This document shows, piece after piece, positions 11,201-19,358 of a stretch of 50,806 nucleotides of DNA. Source of the DNA: Methanobacteriota archaeon (GTDB lineage: Archaea > Thermoplasmatota > Poseidoniia > Poseidoniales > Poseidoniaceae); NCBI GenBank assembly GCA_002715725.1, contig PAZU01000006.1:1-50806 (forward strand). Reading direction: 5' to 3'. Position 1 is the stretch's first letter, and every line of letters begins with the position of its first letter. The notes beneath the pieces are model-generated. The model had not been told where the DNA came from. It did no database searches and saw only the letters and a program-made list of their open reading frames with translations. Both the position numbers and the translations under genes were made by a program.

Positions 11201-11633
11201 ACTGCCCACCTACTGTGTAGTATGTGCCGGATGGTGCATCGCCAAAGACCGTAACTGGGATTCCGCCGGTGTATCCAGGAGCATTTTGGATGTGGGATCT
11301 ACGATTGATTGGAGAATCAGCTGGCCATCCAGTTGTTTGAGATTCCCAAAATGATACGAAAGTAAAATCTGCGGATTGGCTTCCTCCTCCTCCGTTAGTG
11401 CTGTACAAATTTTTCAAATTATTTGTAGCTGTAATACAAGGTCCACACCAATGTGCGCCCATATATTCTGCGAATACAGGGTGTCCAGGGCTTGTAGCCT
11501 GGAATTCAGTTGGTTCTTTTTCTAGTTCAGAAACAACGTTTTCATTGTCGGCGATTAGTCCTCCAAAAGAAGCAAGAATGCTAAGTAGCATCAATCCAAC
11601 AATCGAGTAGGCAGTCGTACGTACGGTCGTCAT
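8250..11633 (-). CDS. Large single-pass surface protein: thioredoxin/Omp28-like N-terminal domain, Ig/cadherin-like repeats, coiled coil, TM, Pro/Trp-rich tail
   Basis: Signal-like N-terminus; EYMGAHWCGPC; cadherin-like ITVRASDG...ITPVNDAP; TM VILIVVGVIIAALLAGLMFM; tail PPGAPPLPPGGLPAGWTMEQWAYYG. Confidence 0.75.
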   Translation of the reverse strand: MTTVRTTAYSIVGLMLLSILASFGGLIADNENVVSELEKEPTEFQATSPGHPVFAEYMGAHWCGPCITATNNLKNLYSTNGGGGSQSADFTFVSFWESQTTGWPADSPINRRSHIQNAPGYTGGIPVTVFGDAPSGTYYTVGGQSYDSYYQNGGNMQNANDYALSVIQSENGNNMDIEITAVYSGTGSKNVYLYAAVTEEKGYEPYTAGSGSDHPPNLWKKWLLNSGSSGFETFTLTAGTPVTKTWTVPTSTARAVSGISSADNFLTVAALLDGDHTSHRNVLSAADSNMAPTIDVGIQSFTAENPNAPNGGYINGDVISVEATVVNNGVDAYSDGGDVRFFYKANNMKNYVGSTQSLSNFANNGDTQTFSGQIDTSSLPSNAYQTTFGVELSNLVADKSGTNNEGTEITPHDLVPVARKAQVIGNTQIERGDNFLIEAKTTINDAVDINTSFFTFDVEVSPAGLNQWMSGDMIVGGDQVFQEGTSNEHRQYLVKPSMNMGAGDYDIRVRSIDSRMQTSAWLVTQNGFELKNALPVITAEPVPTVKVQTSTKVSVIDNIGDAETQLDQLIITSNSPNFVAWHPATEEIEVYFENIRFVNGAPTASGIEISVNDGTDTAVGTLLFNVIENGQPRWAGVEKQYVDEASTSSLYLLPYLSDTDNNGNIVSSENLMLAIVENTNPELLDISMNEFTLNFATSDEDINGETTITVRASDGEQYSDQLITIAITPVNDAPRLDLSEFENLRLKVGTQKVIFLNEILTDVDGNVNEVTVTASNPTPGAARVNFLDNTLTMIWDTAGLQTVTIQAEDRYDSNIYTLVVDVYDSMPLLVGQGPDADVRVDVSNVYIGEVPESTMFLNKNDVTVTSLTSTWQICNIEVCMINEVHEHDITMKSLGWTFDPSKGQLDQGMGSQWYVKLTKITAIASNGDKFEYKDPVLIWTAVDAAPGPDSMTEDEVKELVAELEDSIAAKKTEIEGLDEGSTEHSDAVAELSELEADLAEACEYTTCVEQNSGNSDGAASESGLDLTVILIVVGVIIAALLAGLMFMRGGNGSAPEKMVDWANELPANDAVANSMYGGAQEIFQQPVAAPAPAVAQVPPGAPPLPPGGLPAGWTMEQWAYYGHQYQQ

Positions 11634-11683
11634 GGGATTCGATTACAAAACATGGTATTTGAACATGTGCACAAAATGTCAGC

Positions 11684-11698
11684 ACCCCCTACGGGGGT
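11684..11698. promoter_or_regulatory. Intergenic perfect inverted repeat ACCCCC-TAC-GGGGGT
   Basis: Read directly; lies between the divergent surface-protein gene and trmI. Function unknown. Confidence 0.5.
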
Positions 11699-11751
11699 AT
11701 TTCGTATAAATCGATGCGAATCGTTCTTGGTATATTCCTTCTCGCAGAACC

Positions 11752-12516
11752 ATGGCAGACTACTCAGTCCTGATGGAAAAAGAAGGCAGAATCCATGTTG
11801 TTGAAGTGGTTGACGAAATGGTCAAGCACAAAGGGATCGGGGTGATCAATACTGCAACATTGCTAGCCGGATGCAAGGTTGGCGATGAGGTTCTTGTGGG
11901 TCAAAAGTACCTCACAGTAATGCCTTCGAGATTGCCTGAATTAATCGCAGGAATGGCTAGGAGAGCCCAGACTATTTCTGCAAAGGATGCAGGATTTTTC
12001 ATTACAAAATTGGGAATTGGAACAGGTGATACAGTTCTCGAAGCGGGCCTTGGCTCGGGAGGACTTTCGTTGCACCTTGCAAGAATTCTAGGCGATTCAG
12101 GACATCTAATCACTGCAGAGCCAAGGGCCGAACATGCTAGTGTAGGTCTAACAAATTTACAAAGGGCCAGTGAGTGTTTCACAGGCTTCCCAAAGCACAC
12201 ACATTTGGAAGGAATGGTTGAAGATGTAGTGCCAGATGAAGAATTAGATGCCATCGTTTTAGACATGCCCGTACACGCTCCTGCTATTGCAGCATGTTCT
12301 CCAAAACTTGTGTTTGGAGGGAGAATCGCATGCTATGCACCTACTACTTCACAGTTAGAGGCATGTTGGAAAGCCTGTGAAGAAGCTGATTTAGTTGTAG
12401 AATGGGCTGGAGAATTAATGGAAAGGCAGTGGGGATTGACCTCCAAAGGAGGAATGAGGCCAGTTAATGGACCGTTTGGTCATACAGCATTTCTTTTAGT
12501 TGCTCAAAAGAGATGA
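11752..12516 (+). CDS. trmI: tRNA (adenine-57/58-N1)-methyltransferase TrmI/GCD14 family
   Basis: RRAQTISAKD, SAM-binding VLEAGLGSGGL, VLDMP, and C-terminal RP...GHTAFL. Confidence 0.85.
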   Translation: MADYSVLMEKEGRIHVVEVVDEMVKHKGIGVINTATLLAGCKVGDEVLVGQKYLTVMPSRLPELIAGMARRAQTISAKDAGFFITKLGIGTGDTVLEAGLGSGGLSLHLARILGDSGHLITAEPRAEHASVGLTNLQRASECFTGFPKHTHLEGMVEDVVPDEELDAIVLDMPVHAPAIAACSPKLVFGGRIACYAPTTSQLEACWKACEEADLVVEWAGELMERQWGLTSKGGMRPVNGPFGHTAFLLVAQKR

Positions 12517-15500
12517 TTATTCTACAACTCTGATTTTTTCGTCACACTTTGGACAGGTGAATCTGAATGGAGGTTCACTACCTTCTGGCACACCTAATCG
12601 TGCATCACATGAACTGCAAGTAACCTTGTTGTATTCATCGATTCGAACCTCATTATGGCCTAATGGAACTTCTTCTTCCTCTTCTTCCTCGACCTCTGCA
12701 GGTTTTCTGAATAACCGAATGTACAATATGAGAATCAGTGCTAAAGCCCAACCGGTTGAAAGTAAGATGATTGAATTCTTGTTATCCAATTCAAATAAAC
12801 CTAGATCCAGTCCACTAGGTGGCAGAACAGGTCCAGCCACATCTGCTCTAAGTTCAGGAGATTTGTCACGGACAGTCTGGCCTAGAACTTGGCTCACTGA
12901 ATTAACAGTCAATGATGCTTCAAATCCATCTAAATTTATTGGAGTAAGCATTAATCGGAAATCTTGACATCCATTGCTGGCTAGACTATATGTGGAATTA
13001 ATTCCAGTTTCCCCAGCCCTGAAAAACACACCATCCATTTGGGGTTCATTTTTCCCAATTAATTCTAGACTTCCTTCTACGAATGTGTTTGCTTGGTTAC
13101 AAATAGTTAGGGAGACAGTATGTTGATCGATACTTTCATCAAATTTCAAATCATTCTGGTCAAATGTGAATGAAATTACTTCATCATTCCACGCCGGTTC
13201 AACAGTGTAAGATTCACTGAATGTCACCATCATGTCGGAACGTGCTGTCGAAGTTAATCTGAAAGTTAGCGCCTTCATTCCAGCGTCTTCTCCATCAGCA
13301 ATCATACAAGACCAAGGGATTGGACTGGAGGACATACTAGGCGACAGAGTCACCTCTGCATCATCGAGATTGCAATCCATCTCTACAGTGTTAATGCGCA
13401 TGGTATCGGAAGCAGTACCAAGATTAGTGATGATGACATTTCCATAAATCATCTCACCAGGTTTAGCTTCATCATTATCGCTCATTACAGTAATCAAACC
13501 GTCGGCAATTTGTGGTATCACTGCAATAGTGATGGAATCCGTGACAGTTGAATCATCTGTGCTAGTTACAGTAATTGTCAAGTCTACACCGGCGAGTGGA
13601 GCGCCATTAGCAATTTCTCTAGCAGATATAGTAATGCTATCCGACTGTCCTGGATTAATACTCAAAGAGAGAGTATCTACACTGATTGTAAACCAATCAC
13701 TCAAAGCGCTGTTGTTAATGTCAGCAACAAATGTCTCTGTGGAAGTACCTAAGTTAGTAACCATCAGTGTCAAATTAGATTCACCTATTGGTGAAGCGAT
13801 AATTCGGTCTTGACTTGAGTCAATCATTACTTCATGTCGGTCAGAAACCTGTAGGTCGATTGTCAATTGAGTAGATGTCCAACCTCCATCAAATGTAATT
13901 GTGAATGTATCACTCATGGGTTGTAATCCTGCAGCAGCCAACAATTCTAATTCGACATCAATAGCATTACCTGCCGCTAAAGAAATTTCTTCAAGCCCTT
14001 CGACGACAGTGATTCCATTTGGTAGACCGCTTATTGATGCACTAAGGTTTAGTCCCTTAGTTCCATCATTAGAAACGTTAAGCATGATAGAAGAATTCTG
14101 TCCAGGGATTATTGTAATTCTATTGTCTGGAGGGCCAGTCATAGATATCTCTGCATATTCCTTAACTTCGAAAATTCCACTATCATTTACATTATTGTTG
14201 CCACTGTTTGTAGAAGACATTGTGAAATCAAGAGTGATATTTCCAACCAAAAATGAGTCGATTAGGACTTCCATCACTACATACTGAGATACACCTCTAT
14301 CTAGTGTTACAGGAGCGGGATTCGTGAATGTAACACCTTCAGCATCAATACCGATTAGGGAAATTGTATCCTGTTCAGTCCCATCGTTATTGATTACGAC
14401 ATTGAATGTTTCAGGAGTATCGACATCGAGTTTGATTGAAGTCGGTAGAACCATCGAAAGACCCCATGACTCTCCAATTGTGACAGTAAATGTGTAATTT
14501 TCTGTAACTGTGACATCTTGGTCTAGAGTACCGTGGAGAGAAATTGTGCATTCATCATTTACATGAGTGTTCATTCCTGCTAAAATTAGGATGTCAAGGT
14601 CGTAAGAATCGCCTTCCATAATTTGAGTTTCCAAATCGTCCAAGTGTGCGGAGCAATCTCCTGAATCAACCATGGTCTGCCATGTCCAATTTCCGTCAGC
14701 AGAGGAGAGGCTGATTATCTCGACAGTTGAGGTCGAGTTGCCACCAGGTAGTAGAATCTCGCCGTTTGAATGCGAGAAAGACAAATCATGAACTGCCGTT
14801 ACTTCAACAACTAATGTTGAGTTTACCGAGAAATTACCTAACACGCTCGCTGCAAATAGATTGTAACCATAGAAACCAGGATCTGCGTCGGTCGGAATTG
14901 AAACATGTAAGGTTGCATATCTTGATTCACTTGGGGTCATCAAATCCATAGTATCGTCCAAGAAACGAATATTCCAACCCGGTGGGTTTGTTTTACTGGA
15001 AATCCCATTAGAAGAATTTCCTGTATTGTTGCCACCGGTATTGTTGCCACCGGTGTTGTTGCCACCGGTGTTGTTGCCGCCGGTATTGTTGCCGCCGGTA
15101 TTGTTGCCACCGGTATTATTGCCGCCGGTATTATTGCCGCCGGTATTGTTGCCGCCGGTATTGTTGCCACCGGTATTGTTGCCACCGGTGTTGTTTGAAC
15201 CACCTCCAGATGTCCAGTTCGACCAGAATGCAACTAAGTCTGGGGCTTGGTCCACGGAAAGAAGCATTGTATCGTTTACATTACCGTTATTCGCCACCAT
15301 TATCGAGAGGTTAACCTCGTCACCAGGGGCCATTTCTACGAGACCGTTATCTCCAGCACTAGATGCATCTATTGCTGGCAAATATTGTGGCAAAACGGAA
15401 AGCTGCACATCGATAGTACTCGAGATGTTGGCATCAGGTTCAGTCACCGTGATTGTGAGAGTTCCTGAGTCATTAGGGAGAGCAGTTGTCGATAGTCTGA

Positions 15501-15789
15501 CAGCAATATTTGTGGTTGCACTGAATGTTGGAATGACTCCACTGACATTGCTATCCGATGGGATCACTTCCCATACAGAGTCAAAACCGGAAACAGCAAT
15601 CGAATAGGTTTCGATAGTAGTTCCATTGTTATTTATTGTAAGAGTAATGTTAGTCGCTTCACCAGGTGACAAAATAACGTGATTAACATCGGTGGAAAGT
15701 CCGATGCTAGGATGTGCACTGGCCATTGGAACCAATGGTGCAATAGCCATAATCATGACCAAAATGAGTGCATCTAATCTGCGCGACAT
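12517..15789 (-). CDS. Large single-pass surface protein with tandem Ig-like (NEW3/CARDB-like) repeats, an NNTGG repeat, TM and a C-terminal Zn ribbon
   Basis: Signal peptide; repeated PG...(V/I)xNxGxxxDT units; TM near the C-terminus; acidic stretch; CSSC...CPKC. Confidence 0.75.
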   Translation of the reverse strand: MSRRLDALILVMIMAIAPLVPMASAHPSIGLSTDVNHVILSPGEATNITLTINNNGTTIETYSIAVSGFDSVWEVIPSDSNVSGVIPTFSATTNIAVRLSTTALPNDSGTLTITVTEPDANISSTIDVQLSVLPQYLPAIDASSAGDNGLVEMAPGDEVNLSIMVANNGNVNDTMLLSVDQAPDLVAFWSNWTSGGGSNNTGGNNTGGNNTGGNNTGGNNTGGNNTGGNNTGGNNTGGNNTGGNNTGGNNTGGNNTGNSSNGISSKTNPPGWNIRFLDDTMDLMTPSESRYATLHVSIPTDADPGFYGYNLFAASVLGNFSVNSTLVVEVTAVHDLSFSHSNGEILLPGGNSTSTVEIISLSSADGNWTWQTMVDSGDCSAHLDDLETQIMEGDSYDLDILILAGMNTHVNDECTISLHGTLDQDVTVTENYTFTVTIGESWGLSMVLPTSIKLDVDTPETFNVVINNDGTEQDTISLIGIDAEGVTFTNPAPVTLDRGVSQYVVMEVLIDSFLVGNITLDFTMSSTNSGNNNVNDSGIFEVKEYAEISMTGPPDNRITIIPGQNSSIMLNVSNDGTKGLNLSASISGLPNGITVVEGLEEISLAAGNAIDVELELLAAAGLQPMSDTFTITFDGGWTSTQLTIDLQVSDRHEVMIDSSQDRIIASPIGESNLTLMVTNLGTSTETFVADINNSALSDWFTISVDTLSLSINPGQSDSITISAREIANGAPLAGVDLTITVTSTDDSTVTDSITIAVIPQIADGLITVMSDNDEAKPGEMIYGNVIITNLGTASDTMRINTVEMDCNLDDAEVTLSPSMSSSPIPWSCMIADGEDAGMKALTFRLTSTARSDMMVTFSESYTVEPAWNDEVISFTFDQNDLKFDESIDQHTVSLTICNQANTFVEGSLELIGKNEPQMDGVFFRAGETGINSTYSLASNGCQDFRLMLTPINLDGFEASLTVNSVSQVLGQTVRDKSPELRADVAGPVLPPSGLDLGLFELDNKNSIILLSTGWALALILILYIRLFRKPAEVEEEEEEEVPLGHNEVRIDEYNKVTCSSCDARLGVPEGSEPPFRFTCPKCDEKIRVVE
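15022..15196 (-). repeat. Coding 15-bp tandem repeat, about 12 units, encoding (NNTGG)n
   Basis: GCC(A/G)CCGGT(A/G)TT(A/G)TT units start every 15 nt from 15031 to 15181, differing only at synonymous positions. Confidence 0.95.
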
Positions 15790-15822
15790 GGTTATTGCGA
15801 ATCAATACTGACTTTTCATCCA

Positions 15823-15841
15823 ATCGGCCCTAAGGGCCGAT
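15823..15841. promoter_or_regulatory. Intergenic perfect inverted repeat ATCGGCCC-TAA-GGGCCGAT
   Basis: Read directly; 5 nt after the metK stop and 34 nt before the start of the 1090-aa surface protein. Confidence 0.5.
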
Positions 15842-15846
15842 GAGAA

Positions 15847-17076
15847 TCAGTTCTGAAGGGAATCGATTTTCGCCTGGTCCAAAATCTCCCAAGGGAATTC
15901 TCCATCTACTCCGGGAGTTCTGCCAAAGTGGCCTCCTGCAGCGGTAATATAGTAAATTGGACGCAACAAATCTAGTTCATTAGCGATAGCTTTTGGAGTG
16001 AAGTCGAAAACTCCTTTCACCTTTGCAGTGAGTTCTGAATCTGAGATGGAAGATGTGCCGAATGATTCTACGCGAACACTGACTGGTTTTGCAACGCCGA
16101 TAACATATGACAATTGAATTTCACATTTGCTAGCCAAACCTGCTGCAACAACATGTTTCGCAGCCCATCTAGCCGCATATGCAGCCGACCTATCTACCTT
16201 CGATGGGTCTTTTCCAGAGAATGCACCTCCTCCATGTCTGCCCATTCCCCCGTATGTGTCGACAATGATCTTTCTACCTGTCAATCCAGCATCCGCATAT
16301 GGGCCTCCAGGGTCTGCGAATCTTCCAGTTCCATTGACTACCAAATGATATGGTTCTTGAATCAGTTCTGGCGGAATTGCGTGTTCAACAACATGCTTTC
16401 TAATCTCCTGCCTAACAAAAGATAGTTCCTCATCTTCTGAACCTCCAAATTGTTGCTTCAGGTGTTTGTCATGTTGAATTGCAATAATAATCGTATGGAC
16501 TCGCTTTGGTTTACCATTTTCGTATTCGATTGTAACTTGGCTTTTGGCATCAGGTCTTGCCCATGGCAAAGTTCCGTTCTTACGGGCATTTGTCATTCTA
16601 CGAGTCAATCGTTGTGATAGGGCGGCAGCTAGAGGAAAATACCTTCCTTTAAGTTCGCCAAAATCTTCGGTTTCTAAACAAGCATATCCGAACATAATCC
16701 CTTGATCTCCAGCTCCTTGTTCAGAAGTATTTACTCCTTGGCTGATATTTGCCGCTTGAGCCGTGATTTTTTGGATTACCTCGCATCTTTCTTCGGAAGT
16801 CGAATCAAATCCTATGTCATGAGAATCATAACCAATTTCAGCAGCTGTTCTGCGTGCAATCGATTCATAATTGGGGTGTTCACCAGACAAAGTTACTTCT
16901 CCTGCTAACAGAATTATACCCTTTTCATTTCCACCCTTGACGCTAGTTTCTACCGCAACTCGTGCATTTTGGTCTACCCTAATACAGGCATCCACAATAG
17001 CATCACTAATTGCATCGCACAACTTGTCAGGATGCCCCGAGGCAACGCTTTCCGAAGTGAAAAGGTCCTCTGACAT
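15847..17076 (-). CDS. metK: S-adenosylmethionine synthetase, bacterial/eukaryotic type
   Basis: LFTSESVASGHPDK, GAGDQG, PDAKSQVT, DAGLTGRKIIVDTYGG, GGGAFSGKDPSKVDRS. Likely start is ATG 17076; the longer ORF overlaps aspS. Confidence 0.96.
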   Translation of the reverse strand: MSEDLFTSESVASGHPDKLCDAISDAIVDACIRVDQNARVAVETSVKGGNEKGIILLAGEVTLSGEHPNYESIARRTAAEIGYDSHDIGFDSTSEERCEVIQKITAQAANISQGVNTSEQGAGDQGIMFGYACLETEDFGELKGRYFPLAAALSQRLTRRMTNARKNGTLPWARPDAKSQVTIEYENGKPKRVHTIIIAIQHDKHLKQQFGGSEDEELSFVRQEIRKHVVEHAIPPELIQEPYHLVVNGTGRFADPGGPYADAGLTGRKIIVDTYGGMGRHGGGAFSGKDPSKVDRSAAYAARWAAKHVVAAGLASKCEIQLSYVIGVAKPVSVRVESFGTSSISDSELTAKVKGVFDFTPKAIANELDLLRPIYYITAAGGHFGRTPGVDGEFPWEILDQAKIDSLQN

Positions 17077-17160
17077 ACCCAAACGGCCAATATTATCACC
17101 TATCAATTCTGTGTTTGTCGCAGCGATGACTTCATGTTCGAAAGTGTCACGCCCCTGTTC

Positions 17161-18570
17161 ATGGCGCGAGACATAGTTTGGCATCCAACCGCATTTCGAA
17201 CACACACTCTAGGGCAGATTCAGAGTGATGGTGGAGAACTTGTTGGTAGTGAGGTGAAGGTTTGTGGTTACATGGAAGCAAACCGCGGGAAAGGCAAGAT
17301 TTGTTTCATGGATGTGAGAGATGGAACTGGTAAAGTTCAAGTTTTCTTGAAGCAAGGTGGAATTAGCGATGAAGAATTGGCTATTGCACAAGGGCTTTCA
17401 CGTGAATCTACCGTTCAGATTATTGGAGAAGTTGCACAAAAGCGACCGCCTAAAGTTGCTGAAGGAGAACCATTGCCTGCACCTACATACGAAGTGGTTG
17501 CATCAAAATTCACAGTTCTTGCACAAGCAGATACTCCTCTCCCATTAGGTGTTACTGACACGGTTACTATTGGGCTTGACACTCGTTTAGATAACCGATT
17601 TTTGGATCTTCGTAGAGCGCATGTCAATGCCATGTTTACACTTAGGGCTAGAGTTCTTGAGTATGGGAGACAGCATTTAATTACAGAGGGATTCAAAGAA
17701 ATCAATTCGCCAAAAATCATTGCTTCAGCATCAGAAGGTGGAACAAATTTGTTCCCAATGATGTATTTTGACACCCCTGCTTTCCTTTCACAAAGTCCAC
17801 AGTTGTACAAGCAGTTAACAGTTCTTGGCGGAATGGAGAGGGTCTTTGAAATTGGACCAGCTTTCCGCGCCGAAAAGCACGACACTTATCGACATTTGAA
17901 CGAATTCATTTCTTTCGATATCGAAGGTGCATGGATGAATGACGACGACGTTATGTGTGTTCAAGAAAGAATGATTCATCACATCTGGAAAATGGTTGCT
18001 GAAAACGATCAAGACCAAATCGAGATTATCAACGAATACAGAGAGAGCCAAGGCGATGAACCAATTACAGTTGAAGTTCCTAGCCTGCCGTTCCCTAGAA
18101 TCGAGTATTGTGATGCAATCAAGATGATACAAGATGCAGGAGTAGAAATCACATGGGGCGATGATATCGAATCATCTCACTGTGATATTATTGCTGCAAA
18201 ATATCCAGGATTTCATTTCCTTCCTCGCTGGCCTATGTCGATGAAACCCTTCTATATCCATCATGTTCCTGGGGAACTTGGTTCTACAGGAGAACAACTA
18301 TCGCGAGGATTTGATTTGAATTATGGCCGTGATGAAATGACAAGCGGTGGTCAAAGAGAACACAATGTAGATGTCCTCGAACAGAATCTACGCAATATGG
18401 AATTAAATCCAGCAGATTTCACATTTTACACAGACGGTTTCCGATATGGAGCACCTCCTCACGCAGGATGGGGTCTCGGTGTAGCACGATTGCTAATGGT
18501 TTTGACCGGTTCTAGAAATGTCCGTGAAACCGTTCTATTCCCAAGAGACCGTAGTAGAGTCACACCTTGA
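17161..18570 (+). CDS. aspS: Aspartate--tRNA ligase, archaeal type
   Basis: N-terminal OB fold (DVRDGTGKVQV), QSPQLYKQ, motif 2 FRAE...HLNEF, SGGQREH, motif 3 GAPPHAGWGLGVAR...FPRD. Confidence 0.93.
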   Translation: MARDIVWHPTAFRTHTLGQIQSDGGELVGSEVKVCGYMEANRGKGKICFMDVRDGTGKVQVFLKQGGISDEELAIAQGLSRESTVQIIGEVAQKRPPKVAEGEPLPAPTYEVVASKFTVLAQADTPLPLGVTDTVTIGLDTRLDNRFLDLRRAHVNAMFTLRARVLEYGRQHLITEGFKEINSPKIIASASEGGTNLFPMMYFDTPAFLSQSPQLYKQLTVLGGMERVFEIGPAFRAEKHDTYRHLNEFISFDIEGAWMNDDDVMCVQERMIHHIWKMVAENDQDQIEIINEYRESQGDEPITVEVPSLPFPRIEYCDAIKMIQDAGVEITWGDDIESSHCDIIAAKYPGFHFLPRWPMSMKPFYIHHVPGELGSTGEQLSRGFDLNYGRDEMTSGGQREHNVDVLEQNLRNMELNPADFTFYTDGFRYGAPPHAGWGLGVARLLMVLTGSRNVRETVLFPRDRSRVTP

Positions 18571-18571
18571 G

Positions 18572-19327
18572 TTGGTAAAGTTGCCAGTTGACCGCATGCA
18601 ATGGGGTGCTGAAGATTGGCAGTTCGCTGATCTGTATATGCCAGATGAACCATCCCCGTATCAGAAAGATGAGGGCATCCCTTGTGTGATGCTGATTCAT
18701 GGTGGTTTTTGGAAGAAGAAATTCACTCTAGATTTGATGGCTCCAATTGCTGAAGATTTAGCTGAACAAGGAATTGCTGCATGGAATATCGAATTCAAAG
18801 GATGGGAGTCTGGCGATGAAGGAGTATGGATGGACACTCTTTCAGATGTGATGAGGGCCTGGGGCCAATTAGCATTATTACCGGGCATCGATATTGTGCG
18901 TTCGATGATTTTAGGACACTCCGCAGGAGGGCATTTAGCCCTGATGATGGCGGCGGTTGCAGAAAGAAAACCGTGGCTAACAATTGCACAAGCTCCTATA
19001 GCAGATATTGTAGCGGCAGATCACGCCAAATTATCTGACGACGGTGATGCAGTCCGCCGCTGGATGGGTTGTGCTCCTGAAGGAAACGAAGAGATGTGGC
19101 GGCGAGTAAATCCTGTTGATAATCCTCCCAAAACCTCAGTAGTTCTAATACATGGCAAGGCAGACGAAGATGTACCCTGGATTCAATCAGAATCCTACGC
19201 TAGAGCAATGAAAGCAAAGGGTGTTGAAATCCAAAAATTATGGTTACCTGGCGACCATTATTCCATCATTGATGTTGCCAGTGACGATTGGCTAACTCAA
19301 GTTGAAACAATCAGAGATTGGTTGTAA
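18572..19327 (+). CDS. Alpha/beta hydrolase of the HSL/arylformamidase type
   Basis: Oxyanion motif IHGGFW; nucleophile elbow GHSAGG; acid/His motifs HGKADEDVP and GDH. Start uncertain (TTG 18572 or ATG 18596). Confidence 0.8.
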   Translation: MVKLPVDRMQWGAEDWQFADLYMPDEPSPYQKDEGIPCVMLIHGGFWKKKFTLDLMAPIAEDLAEQGIAAWNIEFKGWESGDEGVWMDTLSDVMRAWGQLALLPGIDIVRSMILGHSAGGHLALMMAAVAERKPWLTIAQAPIADIVAADHAKLSDDGDAVRRWMGCAPEGNEEMWRRVNPVDNPPKTSVVLIHGKADEDVPWIQSESYARAMKAKGVEIQKLWLPGDHYSIIDVASDDWLTQVETIRDWL

Positions 19328-19358
19328 GGTTCAAAACCTTGCGCTGCTTGGCGTTGTT

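Noticed and set aside
15022..15196. 15-bp tandem repeat as a CRISPR array
   Set aside because: No unique spacers; the units are contiguous and in frame within a CDS, and no cas genes are present.
14940..15607. Alternative-frame ORFs encoding (LPPVL)n and (ATIPV)n
   Set aside because: They are shadows of the NNTGG repeat; variation is synonymous in the frame of the 1090-aa gene.
17077..17205. Overlapping N-terminal extensions of metK and aspS in the ORF track
   Set aside because: Family homology starts at ATG 17076 and ATG 17161; the extensions are artefacts of longest-ORF calling.
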